Source: Candidatus Eiseniibacteriota bacterium (lineage in GTDB: Bacteria; Eisenbacteria; RBG-16-71-46; CAVPCR01). Taken from it: a stretch of 64,000 nt of DNA. The notes beneath the pieces were generated by a model. The model was not told the origin of the DNA, made no database searches, and saw nothing but the letters and a program-made list of their open reading frames with translations. Of the stretch, positions 8,740 through 17,820 are shown one piece after another. Where the stretch lies: positions 2,176,001-2,240,000 of the forward strand of contig CAWGMA010000001.1 of assembly GCA_963823555.1 (NCBI GenBank). Reading direction: 5' to 3'. The translations under genes and the position numbers were made by a program. Within the stretch, counting starts at the first letter, position 1. The number at the start of each line of letters is the position of its first letter.

Positions 8740-10229
8740 CCCTCGCCGCCATCCGGGAACGGCTCGCGGCCTGCTTGAGCGCTCTGGCGAGCGAGCACCA
8801 TGCCGCCGCCTCCGGGCGGCGCGATAAGCCGCGTTTCAGCGCGATCTTCGATCGCTACGCCGATCTCGCGCGTCGAGAGCCCTTCGACCTCGTGAGCGAG
8901 CACCTGTCGGCAGCCACCGACGTCGACGACGAACGCCGCTTGCGTCATCTGCGGGAGGGCCTCGCCGTTCACGGCGAGGAGTTCCGCCTCCATGCGCTGG
9001 AGCAGCAGCTCGCCGCCCTCAGGGCCTCCTACCGGGTCCAGGTCGAAGGCGAACCGGTGGCCTACCGCGACCTGGAGGCGCGGCTGCATGCCAGCACGGA
9101 CCGCGGCCAGCGGCGGGCCATCCAGCGCGCGATCAACGCGGCGCTCGCCGGTCCGTTCCGTTCCTTGCATGTTGAACGCGCCCGGAGCGCACAGGCCATG
9201 GCCCGGGAGCACGGGTCCGCGAGCTACAGCGATTTCTGGCGCGAGATGTCGGGGATCGATCTCGCAGCGCTGGCGCGGCAGTTCGACCTCTTCTCCGCAC
9301 GCACGAGCGCCCGGATGGTCTCTCTCGTGACGAACGCGCTCCCGGCGGCAGCGGGCATCCCGATCGGCGAGGCGGAGAGCCACGACGCGATCCCGCTCTT
9401 GCGTGGGGCGCGGTTCGATCACGCCTTTCCACGAGGAGGGGCGCTGGCGCTGGCGCGGAGCATCGTCGAAGGCGGGCTGGGTCTCGACCTCATGGCCGGC
9501 GGTCGCATCCACATCGACGTCGAGCCCCGGCGCGGAGCGGGGCCGCTCTTCTTCACGGCGGCGGTCAGGGTACCGGATCACGTCATTCTGTATGGTGCTC
9601 CGGCTGCAGGCATCGAATCCTGGACTGCCCTCTTCCACGAGCTGGGACACGCGCTCCACCTCGCTCACATCGACCCGGATCGGCCCTTCGAGGATCGTCA
9701 CCTCGGCGACAGCTCGGTGAGCGAGGGCTTTGCCGCGCTCTGGGCGGGCATCCTCCACGAGCCCGCATTCGCCCGTCGTCATCTCCGCGACGAGGCGGAG
9801 GCCTATCTCGAGCAGGCCGCTCTGCGCGAGCTCTGGGTCATGCGCCGCTACGCCGCCAAACTGGCCTATGAGCTCGAACTGTGGAGCCCACCGCATGGTA
9901 TGATCAGGGACGCTGCGGCCCGCTACCAGGCGCGGCTCGAGGCGGCGACCCCCCTACCCGTGGACCAAGAACGCTGCTGGGCCGACCTCGGCCTCCGCTT
10001 CCAACCGGCACGCTATCTCCGCGGCTGGCTCCTGGCGGCCGAGCTCCGAGCCCGGCTCCGCGCCGACTTCGGAGAGTGCTGGTTCGAGAGCCGGCGAGCC
10101 GGGAGGCACCTGCGTGAGATCTGGTCCTACGGACAGCAGTGGAACGCGGAGGATCTGGCGCGCCAGCTCGGGGCCGATGGACTCGTGATCGAGCCCCTGC
10201 TGGCTGAAGTCGAGATCCTCGCTGGCTGA
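8736..10229 (+). CDS. M3/M32-like zinc metallopeptidase
   Basis: HELGH zincin motif with downstream 'SEGFA' third ligand; ATGA overlap with the upstream gene. Confidence 0.75.
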   Translation: MTLAAIRERLAACLSALASEHHAAASGRRDKPRFSAIFDRYADLARREPFDLVSEHLSAATDVDDERRLRHLREGLAVHGEEFRLHALEQQLAALRASYRVQVEGEPVAYRDLEARLHASTDRGQRRAIQRAINAALAGPFRSLHVERARSAQAMAREHGSASYSDFWREMSGIDLAALARQFDLFSARTSARMVSLVTNALPAAAGIPIGEAESHDAIPLLRGARFDHAFPRGGALALARSIVEGGLGLDLMAGGRIHIDVEPRRGAGPLFFTAAVRVPDHVILYGAPAAGIESWTALFHELGHALHLAHIDPDRPFEDRHLGDSSVSEGFAALWAGILHEPAFARRHLRDEAEAYLEQAALRELWVMRRYAAKLAYELELWSPPHGMIRDAAARYQARLEAATPLPVDQERCWADLGLRFQPARYLRGWLLAAELRARLRADFGECWFESRRAGRHLREIWSYGQQWNAEDLARQLGADGLVIEPLLAEVEILAG

Positions 10230-10323
10230 ACCGTCTTGCGTCCGGCCCCGTAACTCAAGTGAATATTGACGCCTTGGCGCAGCAAATGACCCATCTGGAT
10301 CATCCTCGATGGAGGTTGCTACG

Positions 10324-10950
10324 ATGATGCAGTCCCGGATATCGACGCGGAAGCGGAACCCGCGCGGCGGCGGATGGCGGGCTCCGGCCGCAGCCGTTCT
10401 GGTCGCCGCGGCTCTCAGCCTTCTCGCCGCTCCCCCGTCGCCGCTGGTTGCGGCCGCGGCGGCCGAGCTCATCGACCTCGGCTCACCGATTCCGGTCGAA
10501 GTCCACTTCCTCTTCGATCCGCTCACCCTGGTCCGGATCCCGCCCGGAGCCTTCGGCTCCTACCCCGAGGGGACCCTGGCCGAGATCCAGGTCGACATGC
10601 CATCGTGCAACGGCCCCAATTGCATCAGCGGGCAAGGCTTGCTCGTGGCGTTCGACGGCCGCTACAGCGGGGACCTGGTCTCCCCCGTCACCATGCAGAT
10701 TCGCTACGACGAGGAGGCCGTGCGGCTCTTCGGGGTCACCGAGGAGGATCTCGTGATCGCCCGCTGGGACGAGCGCTTCCGGGACTGGCGGCCCTATGCC
10801 GGGCAGGAGATCGACCCCGAGAGAAACCTGATCTCCGCCCCCGAGACCGAGAACATCCGCGCCTTCGTGGCGGTCTTCGCGGGAAATCCCGCCCCGGTCG
10901 CGCCCCGGAGCTGGGGGGCGATCAAGGCTCTCTACGCGGTGGAGCCCTAG
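10324..10950 (+). CDS. Secreted protein with ZU5/S-layer-associated-like domain and C-terminal SWGxIK tail
   Basis: GGAGG at 10311-10315; signal peptide; 'VRIPPGAF...PVTMQIRY...EEDLVIARWDE'; ends PAPVAPRSWGAIKALYAVEP. Confidence 0.72.
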   Translation: MMQSRISTRKRNPRGGGWRAPAAAVLVAAALSLLAAPPSPLVAAAAAELIDLGSPIPVEVHFLFDPLTLVRIPPGAFGSYPEGTLAEIQVDMPSCNGPNCISGQGLLVAFDGRYSGDLVSPVTMQIRYDEEAVRLFGVTEEDLVIARWDERFRDWRPYAGQEIDPERNLISAPETENIRAFVAVFAGNPAPVAPRSWGAIKALYAVEP

Positions 10951-11018
10951 GCCCAGGGCACCGCTCTCAGCTCCGGGCGAGCACCCCGCAGCGGGGCCGT
11001 CCCAACCCGCAAAGCCTT

Positions 11019-11038
11019 TGTCAAGAAATCGGTTGACA
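11019..11038. promoter_or_regulatory. Inverted repeat containing a perfect -35 box upstream of the lipid cluster
   Basis: TGTCAA-gaaatcgg-TTGACA; only an imperfect -10 (TAAAAC at 11057). Confidence 0.5.
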
Positions 11039-11228
11039 GCGCTGGCCCGTGCTCCGTAAAACTACCTTCATCCTTGGCCCGACTCATCCTGACTGTGTGC
11101 GCGACCTCCCGGCTGGGCGGAGATGGATCGCCGCCTCCGGAAGAGCGCGCGGTGACATGGACCCATCTCGGTCGCCGGCGCGGCTCCCGAGCGAAAGGCC
11201 GCGGTGAGGCTCTTCGCCAACCCCCACC

Positions 11229-12914
11229 ATGGGTAGCATCGCCCACTTCCTCAGAGGCAAGGTCCTCTTGGTGACCGGAGCCACCGGCTTCCTGGCCGGG
11301 GGCCTCGTCGAGAAGATCCTGCGTGCCGCGCCGGGCGTCACCCGCATCTACCTTCTCATCCGCTCCAGCAAGCAAGGCACCGCCACCGAGCGGTTCGAGC
11401 GGGAGATCCTCAAGGCCAGTGTCTTTTCCCGTCTGCGCGAGGTCCATGGGGCCCACTTCGAGGAGTTCGCGCGCCAGAAGATGGTTCCCATCGCCGGGGA
11501 TCTGACTCACGACCGGATCGGACTCACAGACGACGACTACGCCCGCCTCACCCGTGAAGTCGACATCGTCATCAATAGCGCGGCGAGCGTCGTCTTCGAC
11601 GAGCAGCTCGATCAAGCACTCAACCTGAACACCCTGGGCCCAAGACGCCTCGTCGAGTTCGCCCGGAGCTGTCGCGACGCGATCTTGCTCCATGTCTCCA
11701 CGGCCTATGTCAACGGGCAGCGCATCGGACACGTCCCCGAACAGCTTCTGCCCGCCGATCGCTCGCTCGCGCAGATCATCGATCCCCGCTCCAAGGTCGA
11801 CTTCGACCTCGAGAGCGAGATCGAGTCGATCGCCGCCTTCGGCCGCAGGGCCTATGAAGATGCCATGCGTCCCGAGCTGGAGGCGGAATTCGAGCGGGTC
11901 GTGGAGCGCACGCATGCCGGACGGCCGCTCTCCGAGAGCAGACGCAAGCATCACATCGAAGCGCAACGCGGACGCTGGATCAAGAAGCGCCTTGTCGACG
12001 AGGGGATGCGACGAGCTCGCCGCCTCGGCTGGACGGACAGCTACACCTTCACCAAGGCGATGGGCGAGATGGTCGTGGCCAAGACTCGGGGGAACCTGCC
12101 CACCGCCATCGTCCGCCCCTCGATCATCGAGTCGAGCCTCGCCGAACCGGTGCCGGGCTGGCTCGACGGGCTCAAGGTGGCCGACCCGCTCATCATGCAT
12201 TACTCGAAGGGCCGTCTCCCGGACTTCCCGGCCGATCCCAACATCGTGCTCGATCTGATCCCGGTCGACATGGTGGCCAACGCGATCCTGGCTGCATTGC
12301 CCCGGATCCGCGAGAGCCGGGAGATCATGGTCTACCAGGTGGCCAGCGGCTCCGAGAACCCGTTGACGCTCGGTCAGATGTTCGATCTCATCTACGATCA
12401 CTTCCAGAAGCACCCGCAACAGAACCGCCAGGGCGAGGCGATCCGCGTGCAGCGCTGGACCTATCCCAGTCTCGAGCAGTTCCGGCGCTCATTCCGTCTC
12501 AAGTACGTGATGCCGGTGAGCGCGGCATCGTGGCTCATCACCCATTTCGCCGGGCTGCCCTGGACGCCCAGATTCAGGCAACGTGTCCTGCTCATGGCAG
12601 CCACTCTCGACCGGGTCCAGAGCTTGCTCCACATCTACAGCCCCTACATGCATCTCGATTTCCAGTTCGACACCAGCAACACGCGCCGGCTCTACGAGTC
12701 GCTCGATGCCGAGGACCAGGGGGCCTTCGACTTCGACGTGCGGGGTATCGACTGGCGTGAATACATCGAGGACATTCACCTGCCGACACTGATGCGCAAC
12801 TTCTCCAAGGAAGGAAACGGACAGCGGCCGGCCGGACCCCCGTCGACCAACGGCCCGCGGCAGTTGACCGGGCCATCGGCCGTGAGCAGCACCGGCGCCT
12901 CGCTGTCGACCTAG
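11229..12914 (+). CDS. Fatty acyl-CoA reductase (NAD_binding_4 plus Sterile C-terminal domain)
   Basis: 'LVTGATGFLA', 'NSAASVVFD', 'HVSTAYVNG', catalytic 'YTFTK', 'IVRPSIIES', 'IPVDMVANA', 'FDVRGIDWREYI'. Confidence 0.92.
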   Translation: MGSIAHFLRGKVLLVTGATGFLAGGLVEKILRAAPGVTRIYLLIRSSKQGTATERFEREILKASVFSRLREVHGAHFEEFARQKMVPIAGDLTHDRIGLTDDDYARLTREVDIVINSAASVVFDEQLDQALNLNTLGPRRLVEFARSCRDAILLHVSTAYVNGQRIGHVPEQLLPADRSLAQIIDPRSKVDFDLESEIESIAAFGRRAYEDAMRPELEAEFERVVERTHAGRPLSESRRKHHIEAQRGRWIKKRLVDEGMRRARRLGWTDSYTFTKAMGEMVVAKTRGNLPTAIVRPSIIESSLAEPVPGWLDGLKVADPLIMHYSKGRLPDFPADPNIVLDLIPVDMVANAILAALPRIRESREIMVYQVASGSENPLTLGQMFDLIYDHFQKHPQQNRQGEAIRVQRWTYPSLEQFRRSFRLKYVMPVSAASWLITHFAGLPWTPRFRQRVLLMAATLDRVQSLLHIYSPYMHLDFQFDTSNTRRLYESLDAEDQGAFDFDVRGIDWREYIEDIHLPTLMRNFSKEGNGQRPAGPPSTNGPRQLTGPSAVSSTGASLST

Positions 12915-12952
12915 CGGCCCCGAAACCCGCCGCATGGCGGCAGGGCGGTTCC

Positions 12953-14954
12953 ATGGAACGGAACGGCGACCAGTCAACACCCCCGCTGCACGTGGCTCTG
13001 CTCGGAGACCCGGCGCAGATGCTCGATGTCTTCGACGGCGCGGCCCGCGAGATCATCGAGGTCGGGAAGCCGGAGGGCTACTTCGATGGCTGGGCGCCGG
13101 ATGAATCTGAGCTGGCCACCGAGTCGGGACGAGACCGGCCCCATCAGCCTCGACGGGCTCTTGAAGCAGGCGCGCATCGTCCATGCGATCTACTCCGGGG
13201 TTCCGCGCCGCCGCGAGACCCGGCTCGCCGACGCGCACGCCCAGTTCGTCAAGGCCACCCCCGGCTATCATGCCGCCTCGCGCCTCTACCTCGAGATCGA
13301 GAAGCTCTATGTCGAACGCGGCGCCGGCACCGCCCTCGATTTCCTCCATCTCTATCAGGAGCTCTATCTCGATGCCCTGGCCCGAGCCGGCCTCTACACT
13401 CCCGACGAGGGTGAAGCAGCCCTCGAGCGCGCCCGGATCACGCGCGCACCGCTCGCTCACGCGCAGGCGAGTGCGGAGGCGCTGGCCGTCGCCGCCGCAG
13501 CCGGCGATCCCCGCCTCGATCAGACCTATGCGGCCGGCGATCCGGCACGTGAAGCGCCGCTGCGCGAGCACCTGCAACAGGTCGCCCAGGGTACGATCGA
13601 AGCCATCGCCGCCGGAGATCTGCTCGCCACGCGTTACAACACCTATACCAATCTGGCCTGGTTCGGATGCTCGGCCTGGAAGACCATCCTCGACGTGCAG
13701 ATCCTGCTCCGCCGGATCGCGGGTTCCCCCCTCGCCCGGCGCGCCGATGCCAAGGAGACCGCCGGACTGGAAGGCGACATCCGCCGCGCCCAGGGGATGT
13801 TGATCGAGTTCTTCGCCGCTCATCGCGAGGATCCCGCGCGCATCAAGCCGGCGAGCTACTGGTACGGTCATCGTTACAGCTACTTGACACGCGACATGAT
13901 CGATGCCTGCCGTGCCCTCGTTGCCCGTGCCAACCGTCTGGTGCGCGAGCTGGTACGCATGGCAGTGCCGGGAGGCGAGGAGATCGCCGAGATCGCCCTT
14001 CCACCGCTCCTCGCCGGGCGCCTGAGCGGACGCTATCTCGAGTATCCCCACGTCGGACCCCAGCGCCGGTTCTCGACCTGGCAGCGCGTCACTCGCCTCG
14101 GGCGCTGGATCGGGCCGTCGCTGGCCAACGGCCGCAGGAAGCGGGCCCTGGGCAGCTCTCCCCTCTCCCCGCCCGAACGCCGGCGCATCATCTGGCGCGA
14201 GAACGTGCGCTGGGCCGAAACCACACTCCGCACTTTCGGCATCGAGGTTCGGGTCACCATCGATCCCGAGTTCCACTCGATCGCGCGCGCCCTGGATCTG
14301 GGCAACAGGAAGCGAAAGATCCTCTTCCTGCCCACACACCAGGGCCTGCTTGATCATCCCATCATGTACCGGGCGCTGGCCTCGCCCGAACTCGTGGCGG
14401 CCATGGGCTGGGCCGAACCGGCGCCCTGCGCCATGTTCGCGCGAGCAGGCCTCGGCATGGCCGGGCTACGCATCGGCAAGTGGTCGACCACCATGTTCGG
14501 GGTCTCGGCCCGGGAGTTCGATCACCTGCTCGAGACCGTCGATGGATATGTGATCGCCGACCGCACCGGGGACGCGCGCAACGCGATCCAGCGCTTCGCC
14601 AAGGTGCTGGAGGATCGTCCCGGAGTCCTCTATCCGGCGCTCACCACCGCCGCCTTCGACATCCAGTCGCCACCTCTTCAGCACATTCTCTTCGCTCTCC
14701 TACCCCAGGATGTCGTCATCATCCCGGCCGCCATCCGCGGCAGCCACGGGCTCTGGCCCAAGTCTCCGAAGGGAAATCTCCACCTGAATCCCGGGCTTGC
14801 CGAGGTGGTGTTCGCGCCTCCCATGCTCGGCGAGACGACGCTCCTGCCCCGCCGGCGGTCGCTTCGCATCCAGATCGAGGCCGCCGCGCTCTTCCAGGCC
14901 GTGCACTTGCACTACCTTCTGAATCCCGAACCAGCGGCTGCGCAAGCCGGCTAG
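12953..14954 (+). CDS. Large protein with C-terminal PlsC-type glycerolipid acyltransferase domain; apparent +1 frameshift at GGG 13126-13128 (alternative in-frame ATG 13101)
   Basis: Coding-like codon usage from ATG 12953 switches frame at gagtcgggacgag. HxxxxD motif 'PTHQGLLD', 'IIPAAIRGS', 'VVFAPP'. Confidence 0.7.
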
Positions 14955-14958
14955 ACGG

Positions 14959-15672
14959 ATGGAGACCTCACATTCGAAGCTTCTCCCGCCCGCCGCATTC
15001 TTCGATGTGGACGGCACCCTCATGTCCACGAACATCACGATGTACTACGTCCATGTCGCCACCCGTGGCTACTCACCGCTGCGCCGCCTCCTGTGGACCC
15101 TCGGTGTGGGCCCCAAGGCCCTCTACTACCTGCTCCTCGACAAGATGAGCCGCGGCGCCTTCAACCGCGTCTTCTATCGCAACTACCGCGGCCTCGATGC
15201 GGCCCACGTGCGGTCTCTCGCCGACGAGATCTTTGCCGCCGTCATGCGTCCGCGACTCTATCCCGGCGCCCTCGAGGCCATCGCCGAGCACAGGGCGCGC
15301 GGCGAACGGGTGGTGCTGGTCACTGGATCGGTCGATTTCCTGATGTGGCCCCTTGCCCGATTCCTGGACATCGATCCCAGCGATGTGATCGCCGTCGAGC
15401 TCGGCGAAGAGAACGGACGGTTCACCGGTGAGCTCACCGGGCCGCCGCTGGCCGCGGAGGAGAAGGCCCGTGCCGCGCGCGAGCATGCCGCGCGGCACGG
15501 CATCGACCTTGCCGCGTCCTCCGCCTATGGGGACTCGGGAGCGGACATCCCGCTCCTCGAGGCCGTCGGGCACGCGGTCGTCGTCAATCCGACACAGAAG
15601 CTCGAGCAGCTCGCCCGCGAGCGCGACTGGCGCGTTGTGACCTGGTCGCCGGCAGCGGGTGACAGGACATGA
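14959..15672 (+). CDS. HAD subfamily IB phosphatase (SerB-like)
   Basis: 'FFDVDGTL', 'LVTGS', 'EEKA', 'AYGDSGADIPLLEAVGHAVVVNP'. Confidence 0.92.
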   Translation: METSHSKLLPPAAFFDVDGTLMSTNITMYYVHVATRGYSPLRRLLWTLGVGPKALYYLLLDKMSRGAFNRVFYRNYRGLDAAHVRSLADEIFAAVMRPRLYPGALEAIAEHRARGERVVLVTGSVDFLMWPLARFLDIDPSDVIAVELGEENGRFTGELTGPPLAAEEKARAAREHAARHGIDLAASSAYGDSGADIPLLEAVGHAVVVNPTQKLEQLARERDWRVVTWSPAAGDRT

Positions 15673-17738
15673 TGAGGCGCGAACGGCGCGGCGTCCGGAT
15701 CGCCCTGGCCGTCGCCGGTGTGCTCTTCGCCCTCGTCATCACCTTCGCCACCACGACCCACCGCCTCCGCTATCTCTCCCGCGTGAATGCGCTCGGGGCC
15801 GGGAGTCTGCCCGCATCGAGCTTGACCTTGCCGGTACGTCCCATCCTGCCCGCTCCCTACCTCGACGGCTATGCCTGGGTCACTCTCGCCCGCCACATGG
15901 CGGAGTCGGGGCGCACGCGCATCCACTGGACGGACGATGACAATGCTCCGGACGGACGCCGCGTCGACTGGAGCTCGCTCTACGCGTGGTGGCTCCTCGC
16001 GCTCGGCGCCGCAACCGGGCAAGGGGACCTGCTGGCGGTCGCGCGGGCCGCGCCGCTGGCGGGACCGGTGCTTCTCGCCGTCCTCTTGCCGCTCCTGGCC
16101 TGGTTCGCCTACCGGGGGTCGGGTGCGGCGGGCGCGCTCGTCATCGCGCTCTCCCTCGCCGGCGCCTTTCCGCTCGCCGAGAGCTTCTTCGCCGGCAACG
16201 TCGATCATCACGGGCTCGTGGTCGCTGCCGTCATGGCGACGGGGCTCGCCCTCGCCGCCGCCGGCGGCGGCTGGATCGGCGGCGGAGACGCGACCCGGCG
16301 CACGGCCCGCCGCTGGATGATCGTCTCCGGAGTGGCCGCGGCGGTCGGGCTCTGGGTGAGCGCGGTCACGCTCGCCGTGGTGCTCGCCGGCATCGGGCTC
16401 GGTGCCCTGGCGAGCGCCCTTCTCGCGCGCTCGCCGCAAGCCGCACTCGAAACATCGATCACACCGTGGCCAGAGGCCTGGCGGGTATGGGGCTGGTCGG
16501 GGGCGATGGCGAGTCTCGCCTTCTATCTCATCGAGTACTTCCCGGGCGACCTCGGCATGCATCTCGAGGTCAACCATCCGCTCTACGCTCTCGCCTTCGC
16601 CGGCGGCGGCGAACTCCTGACGGGCTGGTGGCGCTGGGTCCGCGACAGGCGGCTCACCGGCGGCGATCTCTTTCGGACTTCAGCCGGGGCCATCGCGGTC
16701 TCGTTGTTGCCTGTGGCCATCATCGTTGCCGGGCCTTCCTGGTACGCGCTCCGCGATCCCTTTCTCTGGAGCCTGCATCAAGACATCGAGGAGTTCCGTC
16801 CCCTCATCACGCTCTTCGCAGAGGCCAGGACGGGAGTGCTGTTCGCCGCGCTGAGCCCGCTCCCGCTCGTCCTCTTCGCGGCGGTGCTCTTGTTCCGGGG
16901 CGGGCATCCCGGCGCCCATGGCGATCAGGCAGCGAGCGACAAGCTCGACCCGCCGGCCGGCGATCCGGTACGAGCGCGGGCCCAGCTCACCCTCGGCCTC
17001 GGCCCGGCTCTCCTTCTCGGCGTCCTCGCCCTGTGGCAACTCCGATGGGTGGGGATCTGGCTCGCAGCACTCGCCGTCCTCGGCTCGGTGGTGGCGGGCG
17101 AGCTCGCGCCCTGGTCGGGTCGCCGCCGCGCCCCGACCAGAGCCCGGACCCGCGCGGCGATCGCTCTCGCCGTGCCCCTGGTCCTCCTCGTCGCCGGGGC
17201 CTTCGATATCGTATCGAGCGCGAGCGCTCAGGCTCGGGGGCGCGCCTTCGTTCCCGACGATATCGTCTCCGCCCTGCTCCGCGACATGGCGCTCGTGATC
17301 GCCCCAGCGCCGGATGCCCAGGGAGGAGATACGGACCACGGCCGGCCCATCGTGCTCGCCAGCCCGGATGCCACGGTCGCCCTGACCTACTTCGCCGATC
17401 TGCGCGGAATCGGCACCCTGTACTGGGAGAACCTGCCCGGTCTTCGTTCGAGCGCCGAGATGTTCGCGACCTCGAGCGCCGATAGCGCGCGCGCCTTGCT
17501 CGCCTCGCGACAGGTCACGCATGTCGTCCTCCTCTCGGAACGCAGCTTCATCGGGACCTACTACCGCCTGATCCACGGCCGCCTCGATGTCGATGCGGCG
17601 CGCAGCACCCTGTTCGGCCGGATCCTGTTCGCCGGCGAGGCGCCGCCCCCCTGGCTTCGCCCCATCCCCTACCGGCTCCCCATCGATCGTCTCGGCGACC
17701 GGCCGCTCCGCGCCGTTCTCCTCGAGGTCACGCCGTGA
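15669..17738 (+). CDS. Polytopic membrane GT-C glycosyltransferase, STT3/AglB-like
   Basis: Many TM segments; 'DGYAW', 'DNAPDGRRVDW', 'GNVDHH'; soluble C-terminal domain with 'TLYWEN' and no WWDYG; ATGA-coupled to the HAD gene. Confidence 0.6.
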   Translation: MMRRERRGVRIALAVAGVLFALVITFATTTHRLRYLSRVNALGAGSLPASSLTLPVRPILPAPYLDGYAWVTLARHMAESGRTRIHWTDDDNAPDGRRVDWSSLYAWWLLALGAATGQGDLLAVARAAPLAGPVLLAVLLPLLAWFAYRGSGAAGALVIALSLAGAFPLAESFFAGNVDHHGLVVAAVMATGLALAAAGGGWIGGGDATRRTARRWMIVSGVAAAVGLWVSAVTLAVVLAGIGLGALASALLARSPQAALETSITPWPEAWRVWGWSGAMASLAFYLIEYFPGDLGMHLEVNHPLYALAFAGGGELLTGWWRWVRDRRLTGGDLFRTSAGAIAVSLLPVAIIVAGPSWYALRDPFLWSLHQDIEEFRPLITLFAEARTGVLFAALSPLPLVLFAAVLLFRGGHPGAHGDQAASDKLDPPAGDPVRARAQLTLGLGPALLLGVLALWQLRWVGIWLAALAVLGSVVAGELAPWSGRRRAPTRARTRAAIALAVPLVLLVAGAFDIVSSASAQARGRAFVPDDIVSALLRDMALVIAPAPDAQGGDTDHGRPIVLASPDATVALTYFADLRGIGTLYWENLPGLRSSAEMFATSSADSARALLASRQVTHVVLLSERSFIGTYYRLIHGRLDVDAARSTLFGRILFAGEAPPPWLRPIPYRLPIDRLGDRPLRAVLLEVTP

Positions 17739-17805
17739 TACGGTGGCCGGTAAGGTCCTTCCCGCCCCCGCTCTCCGCGCTCCCCTTAAGCTCCGCGCGG
17801 CGTTG

Positions 17806-17814
17806 TGCTAGCGT
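17806..17814 (+). promoter_or_regulatory. Extended -10 promoter, probable leaderless transcript
   Basis: TGc-TAGCGT ending 6 nt before ATG 17821, with no SD sequence. Confidence 0.5.
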
Positions 17815-17820
17815 GCGCCC

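Noticed and set aside
11070..11228. Long structured leader before the FAR gene as a riboswitch
   Set aside because: GC-rich pairing only; no known aptamer consensus or expression platform recognised.
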